A stretch of 63,725 bases of DNA, counting the filler, from Octopus bimaculoides (lineage: Eukaryota), in assembly GCF_001194135.2 (NCBI RefSeq). It is 4 parts of 4 records of this genome, joined end to end, with 100 filler letters (N's around TTAATTAATTAA, not from the genome) between each part and the next. Parts side by side here need not be neighbours in the genome. Positions count along the whole stretch, not along the records: positions 46,278 to 58,456 come from NW_026306371.1; positions 58,557 to 63,725 come from NC_068993.1; 2 more parts are not named here. One strand, written 5' to 3'. Below, piece after piece: positions 50,231-62,259 of this stretch; the first letter of the stretch is position 1, and every line of letters begins with the position of its first letter. Position numbers and translations under genes: made by a program. The notes under the pieces are model-generated. The model was not told the DNA's origin. It ran no database searches and worked only from the letters and a program-made list of their open reading frames with translations.

Positions 50231-51123
50231 AACTGTGGATATATTGTATTTTACGTCATGTTAATTTTCTTAAGTTTTAATTGTGTCTGCTATCATCACT
50301 TCGTCTTATTAAATATCTTCGAAAGACGTATAGACGTTTTCCTTATATAATGTTAATATGTGTATAAAGTATATTTTTTTTCTGTGAAAAACATTTATAT
50401 ATACCTGTAATAAATATGTGTACACCTGTATGTTTGTGTTTGCGAGTGTGTCGAGATGCATGTGTGCCTCTGTAGGCAGTTGTGGGTTAATGAATGGCAA
50501 ATTCGTTTTGCCCATTGCCTGGCATCTCGAGCACTTATATTCCCCATAGTCTCTTACAACAAAATTGTTGTGAATGAAATTGAATAAACAGAACCTAAAA
50601 AGATTGATGAACTTTGCCGCTAATTCCGTCGTCCACTGGAGTCACACTTCATCTACACTGTTTCTTGTTAGAGAGCTGGCAATGGTTATGTGTCTCTTTG
50701 AAAACTCAACTAACTTAAACATTAATTCAATCATATTTTTTCCATTTGATCGAAGAACTGGTCGCGCACTCGAATTCGAAATCGAAATCGATGTGCAACG
50801 CCATTAAACGAATATATACACGCCTGCACAACCAAACTCACATACACCTATGCGACAGCGATTCGCAGTGACAATAAAGCATGTTAATGCATATTATTAA
50901 TCAGTTCTATATCCATATTCTTATTTAAGATAGAATGTGTAGTTTACAGGGTCGTCAACGATAATATTTAATAGGAATAACTAATAGCTATATATAATAT
51001 GTACTTGTATTAACTACATGATCGTAAAACGCTATTAGCATGTTCGTATTTATCACAGGACAAAATTGGAAAGCTAATAGAAATAATAGAATACGTAGTT
51101 TATATAAACAATGAAAACTTTAC

Positions 51124-51252
51124 GAAGTACTGAGAATCCACTTCAAAGCAGCCAGTTTGCTGTTCGGCAACTATTTGCCATGAGTTGTGGAAATTGTAGA
51201 TCAAATCAGAGTTGTAGTAAAATATCACATATAAACCATTTGAAGACTGTGC
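51124..51252 (-). CDS. Candidate internal exon (phase 0-0) of the minus-strand gene
   Basis: AQSSNGLYVIFYYNSDLIYNFHNSWQIVAEQQTGCFEVDSQYF, 43 codons; donor TTC|GTAAAG; weak acceptor. Confidence 0.35.
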
Positions 51253-52020
51253 CTGTTTTATATGAGCAACACATAATTCCAATTATGTCTTATACATCTA
51301 TCACTCCTAGTCCGTGTATCACAAAGCCGTTATCAACAATTTCATCTTTTATCTTTTATTGCTATATTTTCTTTCTGTTATTCATTTTCTGCTTTCCCAA
51401 CACATTGAATTAGCAATTCATTACGTTACTAGTGATCATATATAATTTGATCTTGAGAATATCAATTTCCCTTTGATTATCAATCGACACAAACGATTCT
51501 GAAATAATCTTAATCCTAACTTCATTTAGCCAAACGATCGTATAATAGGTTACACCGATTTCCATACATTTCACTTTGACTACATGTTATCGTAATTAAT
51601 CGTACATCTAGGACTTACTTATTTTGCTGTTCATATATTTCATAGCAAAAGAATAGTATTTTTTCGGCAGCCAAAAGTTTTAGAATCGTTTAACTGACTT
51701 TTATATCTTTCTTACGTGCAATGATATTTCTAGACTAGCTTCGCGATTAAACCATTTTGAGCAAAGACAATGAGAGAGAGAAATATGAGAATGATAAGCT
51801 TAGACACACGTCGTAGGCGTATTAAATTAGGTCATGAACCCTCAGGAGTCTATATTTACTGGTCCGTTGCAGTCCTTTCATGAGATTCAAATAAACGTAT
51901 TATTTTACTAAAAATTATCTTTCAAACAGGCTGTCGTTCTTGTGAAGTGTTTTCTGTAGTGCTTTATATATTATGAGATACATTCCAGCCCCCGTTTCAC
52001 ATGTATGTATGTATGCATGT

Positions 52021-52910
52021 TATTGTTCAGTTTTTATCTCAAAATTTCTTGCCAATAGAGAAAGAACCGGTTTCTAACCTAGATCCAAGATTCCTTCATT
52101 GAATTTCAACAACAGGGGATTTTTATTTGTTTGTATTATGTATATGTGCAGATTTGTATGTTTTGCTTTATATTTGTATTCTTATGCATATAGTTGCATA
52201 TGTAGACATGCTCATAAATATTTAAATGATAAACTTCTGGAAAGTTTTACAGATTTTTACAGTTCCAGTGATGGACTGGATCTGTAGTCTTTGAATTAGC
52301 ATTCTCCTTTCTAGTTTTGAGAAGCCTAATTTCTCAAAATTGTTATTTAGGCAGTGTGTTACATATCCCAGGACCCCAATAATTACAGGTATATACCTGA
52401 ACTTGTAATCTGGATAGAGTAACTGTAGATTTCTCAATAGTTCAGCGGAGGTATTCTCTTTTTCACTGATCTTCAACATTATGTTAACATCCACTGGGCA
52501 GCTAATTTCCGCAACAGTACACATTCTGTTCTTTATCCCAAATCATTATATCAGATTTGCTCAGCTTACATTTTATTGAGGTTTTCAGCGGTACATTCCA
52601 CCATATTCCTTTTTATTATGAATGGCTATGGCTTCTACCATATTGTAGGTTTGAATTTCCCTATAGAGTGTCCTGGCTACAACCTCATGCTTCAGCGGTA
52701 GATAATACTGTGATGACATTTTCTGACACCTGTTAATGATGTGGGTGATATCTTCAGTTTGAACTCCACAAAGTCTGCATAGGTTGTCACATTTTACGGC
52801 TTTTCCTGCATCTCTATCCCTTTTATGCATCTAGTACTTGGTTGATATTTCCTGTTCATGGATTGCAAACGCATACCCTTCAAAGTGGGAGGTAGTAATC
52901 TGGCTATTCG
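52021..52910 (-). mobile_element. R4/Dong-like retrotransposon, 5'-truncated, flanked by (CATA)n
   Basis: CRLCGVQTEDITHIINRCQKMSSQYYLPLKHEVVARTLY; VAEISCPVDVNI..IPVIIGVLG..QSITGTVKICKTFQKFII*; colinear with 31867-32933; microsatellites at 52001-52020 and 52911-52931. Confidence 0.85.
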
Positions 52911-53653
52911 TATGTATGCATGTATGTATGTGTGATGGTGTACAGTTTTGAATAGTCACGCATTTACTGAAGATCCAAAAGCATACATTGAAGTATAGTA
53001 TCGCAAATTATTTTAACAAAGGAAAGCTTTATAGAGAGTTTGAAGATTCAATGAGTCAGTTGTTTCCATCATTTTAGCCCATATAAGTGTATATGTACGT
53101 GTGTGATTGTCCGTGTGGCTATGGGCATGTGTCCGTGTGTGTTTAAACGAAGTTAGTAATAGTATTCGGTAGTTAATCTTTGAATTAGATGTCTCCTTTC
53201 TTTGCTACTCCTATGTATTTTCAGACTGTTTATGATAGAACTAATACTGCGGGACGGGAAGCAAACGAACAAAAAAACAAAAAAAAAAAAAACAGAATCG
53301 GACATGATATGAGAACAATTCCTAAAAAACAGAAATATGGAAGATCATATGTGCTTGAAATTATTCATGTCGCATTGTTGAGAAATGTTTATTATTCATT
53401 CATACCGTTATTTTTTCAACCTTTTTTCTTTTCTTCTTACATCATGTATTGCATTCCTGGTTTCCAAACGGAAATATATGTGTGAGTATGCACGCACAGA
53501 AACACACGCATGTACGTATATACCTAAGTTACATAATGTTGAAATGAGCACGCACACATGTATATGCTTATATGCATGGAAATACTTAAACACACACATA
53601 CAAACATATATATAAGTGCATAATTATTTATACACACACATACACACACACAC

Positions 53654-53690
<37 letters not shown>

Positions 53691-53858
53691 AAATAAATAG
53701 GTATATACATAAATGTACGTGTGGATACGTGTGCCAGTGTCGGCGTTCCTTTTTTATTTGTATTCATGTATATGTAAATATATGATATATATGTAGAAAT
53801 GCACATGTAAATGTATAAATACGCAGTGATGGATATATACATATCGATTTGTATGAAG

Positions 53859-53902
<44 letters not shown>

Positions 53903-53927
53903 ATGGATGTTTGTGTGTGCATATATT

Positions 53928-53960
<33 letters not shown>

Positions 53961-54791
53961 ATATGTATATCTCGTGCTGTGTTATTTCACGTTATTTCTC
54001 CTACTCTAGTTTCTTGCTGTGTCATCCCAATCCCAATGAAATACATGAATAAAATAAAATATATAAAATGAAAAAAATATAGAAGTACGTGCACTCTCTC
54101 TGTTTTGTTTTTTGTTTTCCATTCGTAACCATTAGTTGGTATATGTACATCCATCATGTTTTTATTGGTTTTCTGATTGACTTTGCATATCTCCACAATA
54201 CCTCTTTCTTTGAAAATGTAAACAGATGTTTCTTCTAAGATTTCTGACTATAACGAAGCGTATTCTAATAAGCAGTAGAAACGTTGCCGCATTTCCTCGT
54301 GATCTCAACTGTCCGATATAAAATATTCATTTACATCAGACCTCATAGTTGTCTGCGCTGAAGGACTGCATTAATATCTCCTGTTTGAATGTGCCCACAC
54401 ATACGCACACAAGCGGGCGCACCCTCAAACTTACAAACATGTACACAACGCATGCATACACGTGTTGTGATTGATTCAGTTCTGTTATATGTTTTACCTT
54501 TCCTTTAATATGTTCATGTATACAGTTTCGAAATTCTTATATTTCCTTCACCTGATTTATTGCCGCAAATTATTTCAATACCTTCTTGTTGCTATTGGAT
54601 GTCAACCAATATTGTAATATTTATCGAAATGAAGGTTCCACCTTTATAGCTTCGGAAGTAACTGCAGATAATCCAAAACTAAAGACAGTACAACTGAAAA
54701 TAAATAGGGTTACATGGATATTGTTTAATTAAATTATATCTCATAAATATATGCCTACTCAAGTTATATGTTTTTATTTGCATCATATAAC

Positions 54792-54844
54792 CTAGCAAAA
54801 TCTATTGTGGTCTGGTGGTAGTCAATACCGTTGTTCCACTTTTC
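54792..54844 (-). CDS. Candidate exon of the minus-strand gene
   Basis: ctgcag|EKWNNGIDYHQTTIDFA|gttata; phase-compatible with the 54938-54975 exon across a 93-nt intron. Confidence 0.3.
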
Positions 54845-54937
54845 CTGCAGCATACATTTACTGGGTGAATCTGCATATCCAGCAGGTATTAAAAACAAAG
54901 AGTGGAGGAATATCTCACAAGTCTGCTAGCAGCTTAC

Positions 54938-54975
54938 CATACTCCAAGAGAATGGCGACGCTAACATGGCATGCA
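54938..54975 (-). CDS. Candidate 38-nt exon of the minus-strand gene
   Basis: Acceptor gtgtgtttcag and strong donor ATG|GTAAGC; phase 1 start reads (L)HAMLASPFSWSM, compatible with the 56552-56735 exon. Confidence 0.4.
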
Positions 54976-55611
54976 CTGAAACACACATTTGCTTCTTTTT
55001 AAATAAAATCCTTGGATTACGATATACCTATATAAATAGAATTAAGCGAAAATGCCAAGAAGTTGAAAATATGCTTCTTCCGATCGCTAATTATTTGTTG
55101 TATTCAATAGATCATTATCTCCAGGAGAAATTGTTTGGTATTTTTTTTATTATTCAAGACTCATGGGTTGATATTGTGTTGCCTCAGTAAGAGTCAGATT
55201 GAAAATAAAAAAGAAATGTATTCGCTGTCTGAGAACGATTGAAAGAAGCTTCTACTCCCAACAAACAAAATGATCCCCATCTTCCGATATAATTGCCTTC
55301 GTCTTCATTTATTCAGTAGCCCCTTCACAAACAAGTGCATATACGACGTAGGCAGGCTTATTTTAATAACTACATTTCTATATTCTTCATTGTTAATATC
55401 TTCCACGGTCAGCTACTCATTAGTCATTCATAATTGTTTAACTACACTTACATCGGCATATTTATTTTCTGGGACGATATCATATTCATGGTACACCAAA
55501 TACGGTTATTTCTCTCCCTTAGTCTTAATTTTCACCAAAAGCAATATTTTCTGTTATCCATATGGTATAAGGTTTCAACAAAAACCAATAAATCTGTGCA
55601 GATGTTGAAGA

Positions 55612-55782
55612 GAAGGTGTGGGCGTGTGGTATACAGTCCGTTTCCCATCCAATTGATTCCAGGTTCAGTCCCTCTGCATGGTGCTTTGGGTATGCGTCTT
55701 CTACTCTAGTATCAGGCTGACCGAAGCCTCGGGAGTGGATTTCGTAGACGGAAAAATGGAAAATGAATGCAACCTGTCGTTT

Positions 55783-55833
<51 letters not shown>

Positions 55834-56041
55834 ACTGTGTGAGTCTGTGTCCCACCAGCTTGAAAACTGGTGTTCACGTGTTTATATTTCCATAACTTAG
55901 CGGTTTAGCAAAAGAGGAAACCTGAATGAGCAAGAGTCTTTAAAATACCAAGTACCAGGTTCGATTCATTCAACTAAAAATACATCAAGGCGGTGCCCCA
56001 CCATGGCCGCAGTCTAATTACTGAAACAAGTAAAACATAAA
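55612..56041 (+). mobile_element. Diverged SINE family A, full length
   Basis: Head ..ccaggttcagtccctctgcatggtgctttggg..; tail aaggcggtgccccaccatggccgcagtctaattactgaaacaagtaaaa. Confidence 0.85.
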
Positions 56042-56551
56042 CACTCGTAATTCTAAAGACTTCCTCTCCATAAATGCTAAACAATGGAACTCTAATAGAT
56101 TCCATTTTTAAGTAATACTTACAAACCGGTTATTTAATGTCACATCTCATTAAGAATTGTTATTAAGAAAGATTTCCGCGAATTTCTCTGTTTCACCTCT
56201 GTGTATAAAACAGTTTATGTTGTATTGCCGTATTGCTTATTATTCTGGCTTTAACGACCTTTATATGTTTTGAAATCATCATATATCTATAGAGGTTTAC
56301 CAATCTAATGAATTTACAAAGAGTTACTCCTTTGTGTCATTCAGAATACGATTGACGTTGTATGACAATTAATGGAGAAAAACCTCTCAATAGAAGATGA
56401 TTTATTAGAGGTTAGTTGTGTCTTGCTGCCATATTCTAACTGCAACATTGTTTGTGGACTTTCCATTAAAAACTTAGGATATTTGACAGAAGCATAGAAT
56501 CGAATCTTTCTTAAAGTAAGCAGTTTTATCTTTGTTGTTGCTGAAACTCAC

Positions 56552-56735
56552 GCCTGCCATAGCAGAGCAGGCTTCCTTTATTTCCATTGTACTTAAAACA
56601 ATTCAACGGGTACTCATACAGTACGTTAGGGTGATCTGAAGATTTGTTTTCTATTTTAGCCGGTCCATCCACGACGTAGACTTCTCCGTAGCTTGACAGA
56701 TAACTAGTTAACACTTTTAGCTGATAGACGGAACT
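56552..56735 (-). CDS. Exon of an unidentified gene (possibly extracellular beta-rich domain)
   Basis: tttag|SSVYQLKVLTSYLSSYGEVYVVDGPAKIENKSSDHPNVLYEYPLNCFKYNGNKGSLLCYGR(c)|GTGAGT; phase 0-1; alternative in-frame acceptor at 56720. Confidence 0.6.
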
Positions 56736-57273
56736 CTAAAACTTCGATTAATCTCTTTGACCGGTAAAATAATACATCTTTATTATTTATACATACTAAA
56801 TATACTGACAAATTATATTCTCATTGGAAATTTCAGCAATTGAAATTCAAGCTTATTTATGACTAAGAATCTAGTTGCAAAACCTAATTTGAAAAATTAA
56901 TCTTTCAATGCCAATAAAGAATATATTCATGATTTATTTGTTTAAAATATTGGTCTAGAGAAGTCAACAATAAGAATATCTTATCTTGATTTCGCAGTAG
57001 GAAACTGTCAGATTTATTTAAACGTGGTTTATCGTTGATAAACTCCTGCTGATAGAACATGTCTAGACAAACACAAAAGATATCCGTTACAAGTATCTGT
57101 GTTGTAATTAAATATAATTTCACTTGATTAAGGAGAACATCAAGTATCGATCTTTTGTTTGATGTGGTAAAATGAAGGTTAATGCAGTCAGTAATCATTT
57201 CTGTGTGAAACAAATGCAATGTCGACTGACTAACTTTTCACACATATAGAAAGAAGCAACTTCTAGTATAAAC

Positions 57274-57391
57274 CAGGTGGTAGTTAATATCGAGCGGTGT
57301 TGTAGATTTTATATAGCCCAGCATATTCACTGAAAGGAGTTTACTTTCGCTATAATTGCGATAGTAGATACGATATGACTCCCAAGAGAGT
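57274..57391 (-). CDS. Exon of the same unidentified gene
   Basis: Strong acceptor ttttctgctttcag; LSWESYRIYYRNYSESKLLSVNMLGYIKSTTPLDINYHL; phase 2-0; weak donor GTTTAT. Confidence 0.55.
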
Positions 57392-57622
57392 CTGAAAGCA
57401 GAAAATACTAAAATTTCAATAATTGTCGATCGCTGGCGACTCAGCACATTAGAAACATGACTATGGGTGCAGATAAAGAGGTGTACCTATATTTATTAAG
57501 AACTTTCACCAATAATGTTATATTCGTATGCATTCAAAATAATGTATAAACATTCTTTAGTTTGCCAAATGTTTTTGCACGAAATTCTAGTCTTTTTAGT
57601 CATCATATTAGTTCCCATCTAA

Positions 57623-57691
<69 letters not shown>

Positions 57692-57699
57692 ATTCTTAC

Positions 57700-57760
57700 T
57701 TGTTTCTACGGAATTCCCAACTTATTTGCCCAGCCAGCAAAACCAATCCTCCAGTATCGC
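57700..57760 (-). CDS. Exon of the same unidentified gene
   Basis: cttcttcaag|(G)DTGGLVLLAGQISWEFRRN(K)|GTAAGA; phase 1-2, matching the phase-2 start of 57274-57391. Confidence 0.55.
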
Positions 57761-58149
57761 CTTGAAGAAGTATAATCACTCAATAGAAATATTCGGGACC
57801 TCTGACTTCAAGACTTCAGAACAACACTAACTGAGGGACACTATCTACCCTCAATTAGAGATGAAAGAAATAAGCCAAGAAAACAGGCATGAAAACACTA
57901 AGGGAGACAAAACGAAACAACACCTCGTCCCCAAACAAGCAAAACCCCGCATCTCTTTGAAGAAGAATAACGAATCTGCTTGTTGATTCATTCACAAATT
58001 TCATAAAAGAACATGGACTAAAGTCTTAAGAAAATACATAATTATAATTTCAATGTCAAGATTAGCGAAAGGGAAACCGGTCGACAACCACAATATACTT
58101 TCATTTAAGATATATTAAAACTATGCAAACTGTGTGTGCATTGTCTTTC

Positions 58150-58153
58150 TTTT

Positions 58154-58187
<34 letters not shown>

Positions 58188-58332
58188 TACATACACACAC
58201 ACGCATATATATACATACATATATATATATATACATACATACATATATATACATACATACATATATATACATACATACATATATATATACATACATACAT
58301 ATATATATATATAAATACATACATATATATAC

Positions 58333-58366
<34 letters not shown>

Positions 58367-58390
58367 ATACATACATATATATATATATAC

Positions 58391-58423
<33 letters not shown>

Positions 58424-58456
58424 CATACATATATATATATATACATACATACATAC
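58150..58456 (+). repeat. Compound CA/TA/CATA microsatellite with ~18-20-nt higher-order units
   Basis: Repeating acatacatacatatatat(at) units. Confidence 0.9.
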
Positions 58457-58556
58457 NNNNNNNNNNNNNNNNNNNNNNNNNNNNNNNNNNNNNNNNNNNN
58501 TTAATTAATTAANNNNNNNNNNNNNNNNNNNNNNNNNNNNNNNNNNNNNNNNNNNN
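58457..58556. other. Artificial scaffold spacer 44N-TTAATTAATTAA-44N
   Basis: As at 24920-25019. Confidence 0.95.
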
Positions 58557-58640
58557 TATATATATATATATGTGTGTGTATGTATTTATGTATATATATG
58601 TATGTATTTATTTCGTATACCTATATATATATATATACAA

Positions 58641-58678
<38 letters not shown>

Positions 58679-58831
58679 ACGTGTATATGTGTGCGTGCGT
58701 ATAATAATGCGCATATTGTTTGAATGTATGCATGTTTTATTTTTTATGCGTGATTGTATATGAATACAATTGTACATTTTACACACGTATGTTTATGTGT
58801 GTGTGCTTGTGTGTATATGTACGTTTGTGTA

Positions 58832-58864
<33 letters not shown>

Positions 58865-59101
58865 GTTTTCCTGCGTGTGTTTGCATGTGTTTGCACATAT
58901 TTATGTGCATAAGTGTCGCGTATATTTGAGGATGTATACGTGCTATTTCAGTCGAGAAGTTAATATTCATGCATGTGCCTACGAATATATTCATATGTGG
59001 AGCAATACAAAACATCTACGAACATATATATATATATATATATANNNNNNNNNNNNNNNNNNNNNNNNNNNNNNNNNNNNNNNNNNNNNNNNNNNNNNNN
59101 N

Positions 59102-59176
<75 letters not shown>

Positions 59177-59569
59177 CACTCACATACATCTTCGTATGTA
59201 TAATTGTACGGTGTGTGCGTGTTTATCCCGCTCTCTGCTATCTCCCATCCCTTACATTGCGACTGAACGCTTTCATTCTCAAACCGTTATCATGCAATGT
59301 CGAAATCAGTTTCTATTCACACGCTCGTTGCGTGATTTCGTTCCGTCTTCATTCTCATTCTTATTCTCATATTGAAGAATAAGAGCTTTCGGAATTTCTT
59401 TCTTTCTTCTTTTTTTGTTATTATTTATTGTTATTATTTATTTGTTTTGTCTTGTTTTGTCATGTTCCTTTTATCTTTTTAATTTTTATTTACTATACAT
59501 TAGTCATGGTCATGAACAAGAAAGATGTTCTAGGTCTGTTCTTATCGTCCTAATATTTTGTAATTTTAC

Positions 59570-59690
59570 CAAGAAGAGAAGAGAAGAGATATTTCTGTTC
59601 TCTGCTACAGAACAAGTCAAACGTCGAACTATTGTATATGCAGAGGCCAGGGCCATAGTTGAACTTTGATGTGAACGGAGCTGACATGTT
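59570..59690 (-). CDS. Candidate isolated exon (phase 0-1), product unknown
   Basis: Acceptor cacttttgctcctctgttttacaag; NMSAPFTSKFNYGPGLCIYNSSTFDLFCSREQKYLFSSLL(g)|GTAAAA. Confidence 0.35.
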
Positions 59691-59943
59691 CTTGTAAAAC
59701 AGAGGAGCAAAAGTGTAATAACAACTAATTAATAATGTCTCCTATAAGTTGCTCTATTAAATGACTTGAGTAATAAAGATGAATGTAATATTTGTATTAT
59801 CTATTATGTGTAATCATTAATTATTAAAGGGGTTAAAAGTTTGATGTTTCTTCATAAGAATTTGCTTGCATATTCATTGCGATAGGCCCGGGATCTAGGT
59901 CAGAAATGTATGGTAAATCAGCGACAAATCTGATTAAGTTCAT

Positions 59944-59966
59944 GAATAATAATAATAATAATAATA

Positions 59967-60047
<81 letters not shown>
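59944..60047. repeat. (AAT)n-(ATT)n self-complementary microsatellite
   Basis: An (AAT) run directly followed by a long (ATT) run. Confidence 0.9.
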
Positions 60048-60124
60048 TTCTATAGATAGATTTTCCATAGATTTTCCTTTAGCGTAAATACTATGTGGTG
60101 TTTTATAGATAGATTACAATAGAT

Positions 60125-60300
60125 ATTTTTGAAAACTTTGAGATGTTGAACATAAACGAAATCGGAATAGAGTGACCTGTAGAACTGTTACAATAGTTAT
60201 GCCCCCTTGGCACGGCCAGAATAATCAGGAAAGTATTAGATAGCTGAAAAGAACGGATAGCATGTTACCGTAGGCTGCAGGTAGTCAGGCTGGGCGGAGG
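60125..60300 (+). mobile_element. 3' end of a restriction-like-endonuclease non-LTR retrotransposon (R4/NeSL-like)
   Basis: ..VELLQ*LCPLGTARIIRKVLDS*: the GTARIIRKVL terminus is typical of RLE clades. Confidence 0.6.
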
Positions 60301-60310
60301 TAATAATGAT

Positions 60311-60471
60311 GGTTTCAAATTTTGGTACAAAGCCAGCAGTTTCGGGCAAGTGGGGAAGTCAATAACATGATCCCAGTGTTCAACTGGTACTTATTTTATC
60401 AACCCCGAAATGATAGAAGTCTCAGCTGCAATTTGAAATCAGAACGTAAAGACGGACGAAATGCTGCTGAG
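60311..60471 (-). mobile_element. SINE family B fragment, tail type B
   Basis: ttcaaattttggtacaaagccagcag..caactggtacttattttatcaaccccgaaa. Confidence 0.8.
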
Positions 60472-60825
60472 TTTCTACAGCACAGTCGTCGCTCGCGATG
60501 AGAACACACCTTAGTAATATGTAACATGTTTTGGGTAAATTTGACGCATTTACACATCCAGGACGCGACAGATGAAATAGGGAGAGAAGGAAAGAGAGGG
60601 GGAGAGAGAGAGAGAGAGAGAGAGAGAGTGTGAGAGAGAGAGAGAAAGAGAGAGAGAGAGACGGAATGCACCAGCAGTGGGATGGTACAGCTTTTCACAG
60701 GGTAGATAATGGCACCGTGAAATGAAATACATTGCTCAAGGACAAAACGCACACCCCTGACCAGAAACTGAACCCACGTGCATATGAACACGGCCACAAT
60801 AATACAGTTCTATATTTAAGAGATG

Positions 60826-60966
60826 AAGAATTATGTACATTATTTACATTATTTACATTCGATGGATATTTGTCCTCATCTTGTTTGTTGTTAACACAAC
60901 ATTTCCGCTGACATACCCTCCAGCCTTCATTAGGTGTCTTGGTTTCTCATTCCTAAGGTATTTTTC
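60826..60966 (-). mobile_element. SINE family D 3' half with hammerhead-like core
   Basis: Minus GACAC-CTAATGA-A-GGCTG..CAGCG-GAAA-TGTT/GTGTT; inverted partner of 61262-61422. Confidence 0.8.
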
Positions 60967-61212
60967 TCTTACCTTCCATTTCTCCTATATTTCTTTTCCC
61001 TCCCGTTGTTCCTTCTCTTCTTTTTTTGCCCTTCTTCCCCATCCTCCTCCTCCTCCTCCTCACCATCATCATCATCATCATCGTCGTCGTACCCTCGTCG
61101 TCGTCGTCGTCGTCATCATCATCATCTTTATCATCATCTTTATTTTCATCTGAATGATAATAATAATAAGAAGAAGAACAACAACAACAACAGCAACAAC
61201 AACAACAACAAC

Positions 61213-61261
<49 letters not shown>

Positions 61262-61274
<13 letters not shown>

Positions 61275-61422
61275 CAACATCGAAAAATACCTTAGGAATG
61301 AGAACCCAGGTTCGATATAGCCCTAAGATACCTAATGAAGGCTGGAGGGTATATCAGCCGAAACGTTGTGTTAACAACAAACAAGATGAGGACAAATATC
61401 CGTCAAATGTAAATAATGTACT
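61262..61422 (+). mobile_element. SINE family D 3' half with hammerhead-like core
   Basis: GATAC-CTAATGA-A-GGCTG-N10-CAGCC-GAA-ACGT-T/GTGTT at 61327-61372; only core G5 is altered. Confidence 0.82.
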
Positions 61423-61664
61423 TGTCCACAAGTTCTCACTTTATTTTGGAGTGTTTGAGATATTCAGTTATACGTTCGTATATAATGACTTTAGTGGGGG
61501 ATGATTAGTTAGCCTAAAACCTGATTGTTCTTTTTATTGTTTAGCACCAGGCCAGTTCCGAATGAACAAGGTTATAATCGAAGACATTCCGATAGTGACA
61601 CTGTTTTCATTATATTTAGAATTATTCGCTACGGCGTCTTCTTTTTTATGAAATAGTACTCTCA

Positions 61665-61865
61665 TTTACTTGCTGGAGCACCGCCTTTAGTCGAGAAAAT
61701 CGACCCCAGGACTGATTCTTTGGAAGCATAGTGCTTATTCTATCGCACTCTTTTTGCCGAACCGCTAAGTTACGGGGACGTAAACACACCAGCATCGGTT
61801 GTCAAGCGATGTTGGGGGGACAAACACAGACACACAAACACACACACATACACACACACACACAC

Positions 61866-61910
<45 letters not shown>

Positions 61911-62073
61911 CGACGAGTTTCTTTCAGTTTCCGTCTACCAAATCCACTCACAAGGCTTTGGTCGGCCCGAGGCTATAGTAGAAGACACTTGCCCAAGGTG
62001 CCACGCAGTGGGACTGAACCCCGAACCATGTGGCTGGTAAGCAAGCTACTTACCACACAGCCACTCCTGCGCC
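61665..62073 (-). mobile_element. SINE family A, near full length
   Basis: Head (minus ggcgcaggagtggctgtgtggtaagtagcttgcttaccagccacatggttcggggttcagtccc), body and most of the tail. Confidence 0.92.
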
Positions 62074-62259
62074 TAGTAGGTTATAAAATGAAAACAATTT
62101 AACTGCTATTTCTTACTATTCGAGATGAGCACATTAGCTGCTTGCTTTCTTTTGTTGCTGCATATCCCTAACATGTATATACGGTTTATAATACCCTTTG
62201 TCGGTACGACACATGAAAAACTACATGTGTGAAACACACTCCTTCATTTAGAGCGATAT

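Noticed and set aside
55452-55600. Minus-strand exon ending at GAT|GTAAGT
   Set aside because: All frames hit stops before a plausible acceptor.
56905-57219. 104-aa minus ORF inside the predicted intron
   Set aside because: AT-rich, no usable donor site and no recognisable motif; could still hide an alternative exon.
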